DNA of 64,000 nucleotides from a virus: positions 23,112-87,111 of the IMG/VR virus record IMGVR_UViG_3300005613_000027; one strand, 5' to 3'. The notes beneath the pieces are model-generated. The model searched no databases, was not told the origin of the DNA, and saw only the letters and a program-made list of their open reading frames with translations. Both the position numbers and the translations under genes were made by a program. The stretch's first letter is position 1. Each line of letters opens with the position of its first letter. Positions 39,744 to 49,138 of the stretch are shown in pieces.

Positions 39744-40307
39744 TTATCTTTTACATATTGGAGCAGTTAAAATCATAGTACCACCAGTTCTTCCATTTTT
39801 AAACTTATGCCTTACTATACCGATACCCAACTCTATCATGTCTGTGTTTAACATTCTACCATCAGGAAGTCTTGCCATTCTGGCTCCACAAGTCGGATGA
39901 ATCCAATACTCCCATTTTTTCATTCTCTGATGTCTTTTTATAGCTATTTTCCAATAGTTAACTATATCTTCTATTACCTGTAATTTATCTTCGTATGATA
40001 ATCTTTTATAATTACAATGACCCATGACATGTTTAGTAATCTGGTCTCTATTAGGTGGTATAAAGGTGTCTAGAACTTTAGGATATGGTACTCTATGCTC
40101 CCTTATCCACTTTTCTATATTCTCTTTATAAACCCTACCATCTTTTTTTATAATAAAATGTGTCGCTGTTTGTTTTTTGACAAAACCAAGTATATAACGA
40201 GCATCTGGTGCTGACTGCCCGTCAATTGCTGCAGCTATAGATTGCGTACCAAATACAATTGCTAATCCAAACATTAAAATAAATATGTAATTCAATAATT
40301 TTTTCAT
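39744..40307 (-). CDS. Secreted hypothetical protein
   Basis: Signal peptide MKKLLNYIFILMFGLAIVFGTQSIAAA. Confidence 0.55.
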   Translation of the reverse strand: MKKLLNYIFILMFGLAIVFGTQSIAAAIDGQSAPDARYILGFVKKQTATHFIIKKDGRVYKENIEKWIREHRVPYPKVLDTFIPPNRDQITKHVMGHCNYKRLSYEDKLQVIEDIVNYWKIAIKRHQRMKKWEYWIHPTCGARMARLPDGRMLNTDMIELGIGIVRHKFKNGRTGGTMILTAPICKR

Positions 40308-40633
40308 TCTAATCCCTCACGTCTTAGTATATCAAGTAATAACAATTCTACTACCAATCTAGATGCAATTATACCTGTCATTTTGGTCATTAATTCCTCC
40401 ATATCTAAATAAGTTACATCTCCTGTCCGTGTCATCATTAAATCTAATTCTTCAAAAACTCTATCTATATAATCTTTATATATTTCAATAAAATGATCAA
40501 TCATCTCTTCTAATCGCTCATTAGAAATTTTGGTTTCTAGATTATATGATCTTATATAAGATTTAAATATACTATTAATAGAATCACGTAATAGTATTTT
40601 ACGAGTATATTTTAATAAGCTGTCATCAGGCAT
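40304..40633 (-). CDS. Hypothetical protein
   Basis: 109-aa helical ORF with GAGG RBS. Confidence 0.5.
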   Translation of the reverse strand: MPDDSLLKYTRKILLRDSINSIFKSYIRSYNLETKISNERLEEMIDHFIEIYKDYIDRVFEELDLMMTRTGDVTYLDMEELMTKMTGIIASRLVVELLLLDILRREGLE

Positions 40634-40641
40634 GTTTCCTC

Positions 40642-40929
40642 CTATCCAGAGGCAGTAGTTCCTATAATTATGGATTTATACTCATCACTAATGTCTTGTG
40701 TAGGATGTATATAAAGATCTAGAAAAAGCACATCATAAACATCTTGATTGTTTATGGAGTATCCCGCTTCTAGTAATTCTTGTTCTGTTAAATCCACTGC
40801 ATTCTCGGGTGATCCAGCTAAAGCAATAGCTCGACCATTGTCCCCTGCAAGCAATTCAAATTCTATATCAAATACGGTTGGCGCACCATCTACCAAATCA
40901 TCTGGCCCTGTATAATTTATCGTAGCCAT
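40642..40929 (-). CDS. Acidic hypothetical protein
   Basis: GGGAG RBS before MATINY. Confidence 0.5.
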   Translation of the reverse strand: MATINYTGPDDLVDGAPTVFDIEFELLAGDNGRAIALAGSPENAVDLTEQELLEAGYSINNQDVYDVLFLDLYIHPTQDISDEYKSIIIGTTASG

Positions 40930-40940
40930 AGTTTCTCCCT

Positions 40941-41162
40941 TCAATTATCCTTATCAGCTATAATATAACTTTCACGCATAGTGTTATGTACCATCTCTAT
41001 TCCTTCGGAAAGGCATCCAGGACAAATAATAATATGTGAGGTTCTAAATAATATTATTTTTAAATATCCAGTTGTTTTAGCTTTACATTTACCACAACTT
41101 ATTGGTCCAAACCCCCCATCTTCTGTTCTAGGAGACAGCACTGCTTCAAATTTTATATCCAT
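40941..41162 (-). CDS. Small zinc-finger protein
   Basis: CGKC...CPGC. Confidence 0.5.
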   Translation of the reverse strand: MDIKFEAVLSPRTEDGGFGPISCGKCKAKTTGYLKIILFRTSHIIICPGCLSEGIEMVHNTMRESYIIADKDN

Positions 41163-41256
41163 ATCTTTTTCCTTTAAAAACCCGGCTACCTTCAGTCTCC
41201 GTTAGTGTGATTAATTTTTTTTGGTTTACAACGAGTTTCAGCAGCCGGGCATTTAT

Positions 41257-41505
41257 TTATATATCCCCATGTTCATCAATTTTGACATCTTCATAAGGAC
41301 CAGTCATTCTTCGTCTAATTTCTTCAACACATTCATTTAGTTCTCCACAAAAATTCTTATAGTTGCCATAACCTGGCATCACATTTTCTTTACAGAACTT
41401 ATAAAGAATATAATTTAAATCTCCATCGGCCTTTACACCGGCTTCTACCATTGCTTCCACCACTTTGTTCATGGTAGGCCTGTTTTCCTGTTGAATATAT
41501 GGCAT
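41257..41505 (-). CDS. Small helical MPYIxQxxR-family protein (paralog A)
   Basis: GDLNY...E..RR...PYEDVKI.EHGDI. Confidence 0.65.
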   Translation of the reverse strand: MPYIQQENRPTMNKVVEAMVEAGVKADGDLNYILYKFCKENVMPGYGNYKNFCGELNECVEEIRRRMTGPYEDVKIDEHGDI

Positions 41506-41532
41506 AATTCCCTTCCTTTCCTTTAATTATTT

Positions 41533-41790
41533 TTATTCAACATCCCCATTTAATTTTTTTTCTCGTTTATCATGGGGTACCATTTTTGTTATTAACCACT
41601 CATCAGCAGCATCATTCATTGCTGATTTTATCATTGATAAATTTGCATAATTTGTTTTCAGATCCTTAAGGACTTCTACGCCTAATTTATATATACAGTA
41701 TGTTAGTTCCTTCTTTTCGTATACTTGTTTAGCTGCATGTTTTAGTGGCGTATCAAATTTTGTTCTAGCATCTTGCGCAATATATGGCAT
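41533..41790 (-). CDS. Small helical MPYIxQxxR-family protein (paralog B)
   Basis: Aligns with 41257..41505 and ends NGDV. Confidence 0.65.
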   Translation of the reverse strand: MPYIAQDARTKFDTPLKHAAKQVYEKKELTYCIYKLGVEVLKDLKTNYANLSMIKSAMNDAADEWLITKMVPHDKREKKLNGDVE

Positions 41791-41809
41791 GATAAAGCCC
41801 TCCTTTTCT

Positions 41810-42301
41810 TTATGCTATTTCGTCATCATAATAGTTAAACCATCTTTCCATATCAAAGAGTGGATGTACCCACGATGGACAGGGTCCTCGTGAGAATATT
41901 ACTACTCCTATTACATGTAAATACGGATGTTTATTCTTTTCCTCCTCCATTGACGCTCCTGTTGTCAAAACATCGTCTACAATTAACAACGGTCCATATT
42001 GTTTAGTCCACGCCCCACACGCTTTTGCAAATCTTGTGCCGCCTGTAGGTATACCTATTACTTTAGAAAATCTAAATTTTTGTGCCACTATATAAGCTAT
42101 TGTTTTTAGATCTACTTCGGTTAATGCATCACAATCTATTTTAAAGTATCCTTTTTGTCCTGAATGTAGTCTAAATTCTCCCAGCTTAAACAAATTCATT
42201 TGTTTATCCGTAAGCGGCGCAGCCGCTTTTTTTTCTAATTTTTCCAAAATTTCCCCATTTGTATGCTCTAGTATATCTTTTCTTATTGGCCTTAGTACCA
42301 A
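41810..42301 (-). CDS. Orotate phosphoribosyltransferase-like type I PRTase
   Basis: GEFRLHSG..YFKID; PRPP loop LLIVDDVLTTGAS. Confidence 0.8.
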   Translation of the reverse strand: MVLRPIRKDILEHTNGEILEKLEKKAAAPLTDKQMNLFKLGEFRLHSGQKGYFKIDCDALTEVDLKTIAYIVAQKFRFSKVIGIPTGGTRFAKACGAWTKQYGPLLIVDDVLTTGASMEEEKNKHPYLHVIGVVIFSRGPCPSWVHPLFDMERWFNYYDDEIA

Positions 42302-42475
42302 CTAAAATTCCTTTTTAACATTTTCATTTTTCAAAAGTTTCCAATATTTTTTTTGTATATTCTTCATCATTAGAAAAAATCAACGCTTTTACCTCACGCT
42401 TATCTTCAGGCATATCATCAGGTGAATACACAACTACATACTTAAATAACTGCCTCCCTGAAACAACATGTACGT

Positions 42476-43910
42476 GTGACTTACCTTGGGACAAGCCCCA
42501 AGGCTTCAAGCGAAGTTTAGTTATGCAACTCTTATTCGCTTAGGGTATACCACAACACCCTTTATCTGCTTAACAGTATTAAACTGTATTGCAGTTACTT
42601 TTGACTTCCTTGCTATATTGATAGCACCATTTACATCTGCATTTATTAATATTCCATCTTTACTTTTAAACAACCCTCTTTTTACTCTTTTACCAACATA
42701 CTCTTTATGGTGTTTTACTTCTTCATTATCAATTGCAGAACATTTAGAAGTATGTGACTCTTGAGTTTCTATATATCGCAATCCATATTCTTCACATTTT
42801 GATTCCAACATAGACATCAAATATCCAAATGGAACTTGTACAAAACTCTGATTATTCCTTTTACCTATGTTTATTTCTTGCTTCCAGCCTTTATTATGTC
42901 CTATTACTATTGTTCCAATGTCATTTTGAATACAATAATCAAGAATATATTTAGCCGATTTTCTTATAATATCTTTAATACGATTCTCTCTTTTTCTTTT
43001 TAATACAAATTGTTTCTTTGTGTAACTTTTGATATTTTGTTTGTCTTTAATTGATTGTAATCTTGCATTTTGTTTGTTCCAATAATAGTTAATTGATTTA
43101 AGTTTTTTACCGTCCATAATGAACGCCCTATTATTGTAAGCATCGTAGCAAGTAGCAAGATTAGATAAACCAACATCAATGCTTAACACGTTTTCTTTGT
43201 TCAATTTTAAGTTTTTTTCTTCTACTTCATACACCACCTCCATTTTAAAAAATGTTGCTTTTTGTTGTGGAATGATTCTTATTTCTTGCACTCTTTCTTT
43301 GTTTATTTGTGTTGGAAAATCTAACACAATATTCTTCATTCCTGTTTCTTTTTTAAGTTGTTGTGAAATTCCAATATAAATTTTATTTTCTTTAATCTGA
43401 AATCCATTTTTAGGGATTATTAATTGAAAATATCCATCTTTAGGAAGATATTTTGGTATTGAAATTCTACATTCATATTTACCTTTTTTCTTTACCTTTA
43501 ATAAACCAAAAAAAGATTTGAAACTTCTATCTACAACTTTAAGAGTTTGTTGTCCTATTGTCGAAGGTAAAATCTGATAATTTTCATTTGTTTTGCAAAA
43601 ATGATAATTTTGTGGATATGGTAAATATGTTTTAGTTTCAAAAAATTGTTGTCTAATTGTATATAAACCTACATTATAAAGACGAGCAGAATACCAACAT
43701 AATTGTTGTAACAATTTATATTGTTTTTTATCTAAATTTCGTAATTGATTTGATTGTGTTTTATACAATTTAGAACAACTCCTTGCTTTTATTATGTTAG
43801 TATCCTAATTACAATATACTATCATATTCATACTTTGTCAAATTATTTTTTAAATATTTTGTCAATTCATCCCCGATGCAAGCATACGGGGTTTTCTTGG
43901 CAGTTTTAAT
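42476..43910 (-). mobile_element. IS200/IS605-family element (tnpB only) inserted 3' of TTAT
   Basis: Left-end hairpin CCCCG..CGGGG; right-end hairpin CCTTGGG..CCCAAGG ending TCAC; internal TTGACA-17-TATATT promoter at 43841..43813. Confidence 0.85.
42521..43768 (-). CDS. tnpB: RNA-guided endonuclease TnpB (type with relocated RuvC-II glutamate)
   Basis: SIDVG; IVIGHNKGWKQ; QESHTSK; NADVNGAINI. Confidence 0.9.
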   Translation of the reverse strand: MYKTQSNQLRNLDKKQYKLLQQLCWYSARLYNVGLYTIRQQFFETKTYLPYPQNYHFCKTNENYQILPSTIGQQTLKVVDRSFKSFFGLLKVKKKGKYECRISIPKYLPKDGYFQLIIPKNGFQIKENKIYIGISQQLKKETGMKNIVLDFPTQINKERVQEIRIIPQQKATFFKMEVVYEVEEKNLKLNKENVLSIDVGLSNLATCYDAYNNRAFIMDGKKLKSINYYWNKQNARLQSIKDKQNIKSYTKKQFVLKRKRENRIKDIIRKSAKYILDYCIQNDIGTIVIGHNKGWKQEINIGKRNNQSFVQVPFGYLMSMLESKCEEYGLRYIETQESHTSKCSAIDNEEVKHHKEYVGKRVKRGLFKSKDGILINADVNGAINIARKSKVTAIQFNTVKQIKGVVVYPKRIRVA

Positions 43911-44176
43911 ATAACATAAAATCATTCCATAGTTTAATAATAGTATTATGAAACACAGCCAGTATTAATGCTGTCATTATAGATATAATAAGCCAGTTGC
44001 TATCCACTATGTCTTTCTCCTTTGATGTCTTGTCCTCTTTAATCTTTTGCGATGCTTATGTTTAGCCATCTTCTTTCTTCTTTTTTTAACTATAGTACCA
44101 ATCCTAATTCACCTCCTTATATTCTATTATCTTATAATTCATTGTTGTTGAACCTAGTCTGGTTAATGTCGTTTGA

Positions 44177-44332
44177 TCACGCGAGGACTGATTTACTACC
44201 AGATTCTAACCCATCTACTTCATATACCCCTGAGCCTGATATTACCGTATCTGATTCTATACTCCAATCACTTTCTTTTAAGATCATAATTCTTGCTGTT
44301 TCTGATTTTGTTCCTGAAATTTTATAAGGCAT
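44177..44332 (-). pseudogene. MPYKISG-module copy 6, truncated at 51 aa (not in ORF track)
   Basis: AGGAGG RBS; MPYKISGTKSETARIMILKESDWSIESDTVISGSGVYEVDGLESGSKSVLA-TGA; no repeat domain follows. Confidence 0.8.
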
Positions 44333-44602
44333 TATATTTTCCTCCTACCGAAATTTTCTGCTGATTCTTTCAAACTATCTGATATACCTTGAAAAGCATC
44401 TTTTACTGCTTCGTTATATTTCATTTGTGACTCAAACATTTTAGTCATCATGTCTAAATAACTCATATCTTTATCTTCATCAGGTAATGTCGGTGCCATC
44501 GTCTTCTCCTTTTAGACCACACTCTATACATTTACTAGTACCATCCTGTATGTTATGTACCATAGCCACCTTACCACATTCACAGAAATAACCATCTAGT
44601 GG

Positions 44603-44923
44603 TTAGTTGTTTTTCATATCCCTTATCAAACCCTCAAAAGCATAACTCGGAACTTTATCCCCGGCGGCTAAATGTTCGTTTAAATGGTCTATAGCTTCTT
44701 GATATGTTTTGAAACTCATGTTTCCTGGCATCATACAACTATCACAACCTTCTCCTTTACAATCTTCACATCCAGAAACAGTTCCGAATAAAAAATGATC
44801 TTCTTCGCCTTCTGTGAAAATACTTTTAACCTTTTTTGACAGCGAACAAGCACAACATGTTATTCCGCCTGCTACATCTGCATACATATACACATCTCCG
44901 CTTATAAATCTACAATAACTCAT
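44603..44923 (-). CDS. Cys-rich hypothetical protein
   Basis: MSYCRF...CCAC...CEDC..CDSC...HL..H. Confidence 0.55.
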   Translation of the reverse strand: MSYCRFISGDVYMYADVAGGITCCACSLSKKVKSIFTEGEEDHFLFGTVSGCEDCKGEGCDSCMMPGNMSFKTYQEAIDHLNEHLAAGDKVPSYAFEGLIRDMKNN

Positions 44924-44926
44924 TGT

Positions 44927-45121
44927 TTACTCCAAACCCTCTAATTCCCCTACTTCCACAAATTTATTTTCCAGATTTTCTCCTGTAATGGTAAAACCTT
45001 CTTTAGGTCTATAAATTTTTCCGTAATCATCTATAAAGTAGGTATAAATTTCTCCTGTTGCAATACGCTCATCATCTTCTTTAGCTATAAACTCTTTTAC
45101 TATTAACTTTTCAACTGACAT
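44927..45121 (-). CDS. Hypothetical protein (likely start MSVEK)
   Basis: AGGAG RBS. Confidence 0.45.
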   Translation of the reverse strand: MSVEKLIVKEFIAKEDDERIATGEIYTYFIDDYGKIYRPKEGFTITGENLENKFVEVGELEGLE

Positions 45122-45143
45122 AATCCTTCTCCTTTTACTATAT

Positions 45144-45737
45144 TTAACCGAAGTATCTTTCTGCAATTTTACAAGCATCAATCTCGTTCTTTACCCAAGT
45201 GTGAACTGCATTTCTCACAAATGGATGTCTACAATAAGTATCTCTGGAATGATCTCCATCAAATATACCTATAACTGCTTTCTCGCTAGCATCAGCATAC
45301 CACGCTAATTCAAACATTGTACCAATTAATGGGTCAGGGTAATCATACCAGTTTAAATTAGCAAAACAAATAGTGCTTCTGGCCACAAACTGTCTGTCCT
45401 TTGGTACAATTAAATCTAACCCAGAAACTTCATAAACATCTTCTACTCTACTCATTTCATCTTTCAAAACTTCTTTATTAAAGTCATTGTGACAAGGGTC
45501 AAAAATTTCAAATTTAGGTTCTTTTGGTGCTGTCAACACCATCATAGGCATGTCCATTTTTTTGTCTTCGCCAAATATATCATATGGTGGCATGATGCTT
45601 TGTGTTTCTACTGCTACATCGTGGTCATAATTATTTTCACGTTCGGCAAAATAATTTCTTACCCTTTCTCTCCAATCATAGGTCTCCGGTTTTAGCGGTG
45701 ATATCTGTCCTATTAAATATATGGTTTGTTTATTCAT
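45144..45737 (-). CDS. Nucleoside 2-deoxyribosyltransferase-like protein
   Basis: IYLIGQI...DWR...FDP...IGTMFELAW. Confidence 0.7.
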   Translation of the reverse strand: MNKQTIYLIGQISPLKPETYDWRERVRNYFAERENNYDHDVAVETQSIMPPYDIFGEDKKMDMPMMVLTAPKEPKFEIFDPCHNDFNKEVLKDEMSRVEDVYEVSGLDLIVPKDRQFVARSTICFANLNWYDYPDPLIGTMFELAWYADASEKAVIGIFDGDHSRDTYCRHPFVRNAVHTWVKNEIDACKIAERYFG

Positions 45738-46239
45738 TGTTTTTCTCCTTTATTATTTCTATAATTTCTTCAAGTGATATAGGATAATAATCATTATTAT
45801 CTACTCCTACATCCCATTGCCTTTCAAACGGTTTAATAGTACCGTGGCAATGACCATGAAGCATAATACTGCCATGAGCATTCCTAGGCCAAGATCTCAT
45901 TGGGTAATGGCACACTACTACATAATTGTTTTCTATCTTTTTCTGCCACATTACCCTAGTATTTTTAGGCATCCATCTGTCATGACAACCTTTTAGATAA
46001 ATGTGATTACCATTTAATTGTTTAAATATACTATTAGCTTCCTTATGTGTTTTTACCCAAGCAAAATCACCAGCATGAATAGTAATATCATTTTTTCCTA
46101 CTACTTCATTATGCCTTCTGATTAGTTCCTCATTCATTTCTTGAGTTGAACTAAATGGTCTATCACAATATCTTATTATATTACTATGGTTATAATGTTG
46201 ATCGGCTGTAAAAAAATAACTCATTTTATTTTTCTCCAA
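45730..46239 (-). CDS. Calcineurin-like metallophosphoesterase
   Basis: ADQH; HAGD; GCHD; HYP; HGHCH; DVGVD. Confidence 0.9.
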   Translation of the reverse strand: MEKNKMSYFFTADQHYNHSNIIRYCDRPFSSTQEMNEELIRRHNEVVGKNDITIHAGDFAWVKTHKEANSIFKQLNGNHIYLKGCHDRWMPKNTRVMWQKKIENNYVVVCHYPMRSWPRNAHGSIMLHGHCHGTIKPFERQWDVGVDNNDYYPISLEEIIEIIKEKNNE

Positions 46240-46496
46240 AAATTGTCTCCAAAAATTGATGGAAGTACTGGGATAGTTGGTAATTTTTCCTTTTCCATTA
46301 ATTTTAATGCTTTAATAGTAAGTTTACGATATCCATCATCTCGTTTATGATTAATAGTAGTTTTGGTTAATCTTTTCTGGGTTCCTGGTTTAATTAATTC
46401 ATATACATATTCACCAGTTTTTGTTTTTTTAGCAGTATTATGAATATATATAACATCTATTGGTCTGTGATTAATGTACGCTTTTATTACTAACAT
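46221..46496 (-). CDS. Hypothetical protein (likely start MLVIK)
   Basis: GGAGG RBS. Confidence 0.5.
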   Translation of the reverse strand: MLVIKAYINHRPIDVIYIHNTAKKTKTGEYVYELIKPGTQKRLTKTTINHKRDDGYRKLTIKALKLMEKEKLPTIPVLPSIFGDNFWRKIK

Positions 46497-46888
46497 GATT
46501 CCTCCATGCTCCAAATCTTGCATAAGCAAGTGCGTTTGGGCTATTCTTAGTAGGTGCTGTGCTTAATAGATAACATTACCATAAGCTGTTTTAAAATCAA
46601 CTTCCATCATTTCTTGTTCAGTCTTCGTGTCTTAATCTCTCCATATATTCCTCAGAACAAAAAGGACAATTATTACCACAAGTTCCTCGTTCATGATTTA
46701 ACACTGCACTTTCTTCTTCGTTGAATTCTGTAGCCATATTTAATCGTTTTAATTCATCAAGCACTTTTTCCCAATCTTCTTTTGTTAATAACACATGTCC
46801 AGGCACTGCTTTATGATCTACATTAATCCAAATTTGTCTTCTCGCGGGTGGAGCCGTCGGCGGATTTGGTTTTGGGTTTGATTCTTTT

Positions 46889-47239
46889 TTATTCATTTCT
46901 ATTGTCCTCTGTTTGCAGTAGTTCTCCAAATAACGACATCCTGACACTTTGAAAAGCATCAATATAACATGACGCTATTACTGATTCCATTTCTTCTGAA
47001 CTAGTCGGAGACATTGATTTATCATCACGCGTCTTTCTCCACTTTCTAATAGCATTATCCAAATATTCTTTAATATCTTTTTCTGTTAATGGTACAATAT
47101 TTTCTGTTTTTTCATCGGATATGACATCCTCGTCTAGCCAACTTTCTAATGCGCATCTTATAAGCAATCCTTGATTTCTGTTACAGTATATTTTTATAGG
47201 CGCTCCAGCAAGCATTCCTTTTATGTAGTTTTTAGCCAT
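46889..47239 (-). CDS. Hypothetical protein (likely start MAKNY)
   Basis: AAGGAG RBS before the ATG at 47239. Confidence 0.5.
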   Translation of the reverse strand: MAKNYIKGMLAGAPIKIYCNRNQGLLIRCALESWLDEDVISDEKTENIVPLTEKDIKEYLDNAIRKWRKTRDDKSMSPTSSEEMESVIASCYIDAFQSVRMSLFGELLQTEDNRNE

Positions 47240-47394
47240 TTTAGTTCTCCTTCTTTTTGGAGTAATGTGTACAAGACGTAACATTAGGAGTTTTATAATC
47301 TTTACCATATTTATCTTGGTAATGACCTACTTTAAGTTTATCAAACACACCTACTCTAACTAAACATGCTTTTTTGGTGATGTTTTGTCCACCA

Positions 47395-47601
47395 TTAAAA
47401 TTTATATTTAATCAATATATGAACATGATTAATATCTACTTCCATTTCTATTATTTTAAAATCAGATATATTTTCTATTCTGTAAAATTCACTTTTGATA
47501 AAATTTCCAAAATTCACTAACAATGACTTTCTATATTTGCAAACAAATATTAAATGGCAAATTAACAAATGTTTTGAATGATTTTCTGATACATAATCCA
47601 C
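47395..47601 (-). pseudogene. tnpA: Truncated IS200-type Y1 transposase
   Basis: CHLIFVCKYRK and EMEVDINHVHIL (HUH); ends before the catalytic Tyr helix. Confidence 0.8.
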
Positions 47602-48845
47602 GATTTTCTTGCTCCAATCCTTTGTAAATTATTTAATTTAGGTGTTTTCATTCCTCTTGGCATATTTGAAAAATCTACTTTATTACCAAATATATCCATT
47701 AAAATACAATAACCTGAACTCATACGCCCTTTGATAAAATATTCTTTACCTAAATATTTAACTTTATCAAATTTTCTAAATCCTTGAATTTTACCTGTTG
47801 GTATTTTTTGTTCTGAACGAATGCCTTTAGTTTTTTGGTAATCACGATACGAAACACATTTCTTATACAAAATTTGACTTGTTTTAAAATCAATATTTAT
47901 CTGTCCTGTATTTATAATATTATTTAAACAAGCTATAGCCACAGCGTCATTATAATGTTCTTTAGTTAGTTCTAAATACCGTCTATGAACTTTAGTTATA
48001 TATCCAAAGGTTTCTTCTGCTTCAACTTTTTTTAGTAATTGTATTCTTATACTGTTCATTTGTGTTGCATGTTTTAATTGATTTTTGGTTTTTCCTTTTT
48101 TCTTTAATTTAATTTTACCTTTATGTAATTTGTCATGACAAGATTTACATAGAGTTATAAGATTGCTTTCTTCGTTTGATCCATTATTACTCCTAAAAAT
48201 AATATGATGAACCTCTAATTTACTGTCTTTGCTTTTACCTTTACAATATTGACAAGTGTAATTATCTCTATTTAAAACCATTGCTTTAGCATTTTCAAAT
48301 CCATAATTTAATCCTTTTTGGTACATCCACTTATTTTTTAATACAGCTGGATTTTTTAAGGCGTGAGTATCAAAATTACCTGTTTCAATTATAACTTTGG
48401 TAATTGGAAGTATAGATTTAACAAAATTAATTTCTTTTAAATGATTATTAATTTTACTTGTCATAGTAGGTGAAAATCTACCATTTTTAATACTATTTTT
48501 CCTATTTAGCCACCTTGCTTTACGGTATCTAGTTTTTCTATTCCTTCTACTTCTACGATATTTTGACCTACGATTCATTTTGTCTGAAATATCATTTCTT
48601 ATTTCAACTTCTGATAAATACACAACTTCATTGTTTTCATTTACAACTGCACTACCTATTTTGCTACTTCCAGTATCTACACCAAGCATTAAATCTTGAG
48701 TATAATTAGTAGTTTGATAAGTTAATTTAATTGTAAACGGTGTTTTTCTTTTAACTTTAGCCTTACCTGATTTTAGTAATAATCTTGCTATTACATTAGT
48801 ACATGGCATTAAAGGTGTTCCGTCATAATTAATTACATAAACCAT
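47562..48845 (-). CDS. iscB: RNA-guided endonuclease IscB
   Basis: PLMP; GVDTG; Arg-rich bridge helix RRSKYRRSRRNRK; HNH LEVHHI...NLITLCKSCH; HYNDA. Confidence 0.93.
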   Translation of the reverse strand: MVYVINYDGTPLMPCTNVIARLLLKSGKAKVKRKTPFTIKLTYQTTNYTQDLMLGVDTGSSKIGSAVVNENNEVVYLSEVEIRNDISDKMNRRSKYRRSRRNRKTRYRKARWLNRKNSIKNGRFSPTMTSKINNHLKEINFVKSILPITKVIIETGNFDTHALKNPAVLKNKWMYQKGLNYGFENAKAMVLNRDNYTCQYCKGKSKDSKLEVHHIIFRSNNGSNEESNLITLCKSCHDKLHKGKIKLKKKGKTKNQLKHATQMNSIRIQLLKKVEAEETFGYITKVHRRYLELTKEHYNDAVAIACLNNIINTGQINIDFKTSQILYKKCVSYRDYQKTKGIRSEQKIPTGKIQGFRKFDKVKYLGKEYFIKGRMSSGYCILMDIFGNKVDFSNMPRGMKTPKLNNLQRIGARKSWIMYQKIIQNIC

Positions 48846-48864
48846 AATAAACAGTCCTTTCTGT

Positions 48865-49138
48865 TATAAACTCTACTTAAAAGTAGGTATTGGCTATTAT
48901 ATTGCTATTACCACAACATCTTTCGCACTTGATTTCGATAATGATGAAATAACTTACATGTATATATCACAAGGCTGTTCTTATTCTAACCTAACTTAAA
49001 TATATACGATAGTGCCTTATTCTAATCCAGCAAACAAGGGTATCATCACTAAATCATCGTAGTATTAATTTCTTAATACTTAATCAGGGTGAACTATTTA
49101 ATAGAAGCCACTAAGTCTTTAGCTTAGTGGTAATTCAC
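48865..49138 (-). ncRNA. omegaRNA (HEARO-like) scaffold upstream of iscB; 3' end approximate
   Basis: GTGAA...GTTCAC closing stem; CCACTAAG/CTTAGTGG hairpin; AGTATTAA/TTAATACT hairpin followed by CTACGAT. Confidence 0.75.

Larger units (their letters stand above)
42324..44007 (-). pseudogene. Small membrane-protein gene split by the second TnpB element (44007..43911 plus 42475..42324)
   Basis: Removing the IS gives in-frame ...LWNDFML-Y-VHVVSGRQLFKY... Confidence 0.65.
47400..49138 (-). mobile_element. IscB (OMEGA) element: omegaRNA, iscB and tnpA fragment
   Basis: Begins GTGAATTACCACTAAGCTAAAGACTTAGTGG; interrupts a resident gene. Confidence 0.8.

Noticed and set aside
41181-41249. Hammerhead ribozyme
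   Set aside because: GAAA and CTGAAG are present, but the CUGANGA core is imperfect and no stem I can be formed.
24926-42301. Bacterial chromosomal origin, suggested by clpP, map, csp and the pyrE-like gene
   Set aside because: These genes are isolated among phage structural and lysis genes, without their usual operon partners.
44177-44179. Selenocysteine at the TGA of MPYKISG copy 6
   Set aside because: Siblings have Arg or Glu at this position rather than Cys, and homology ends shortly afterwards.
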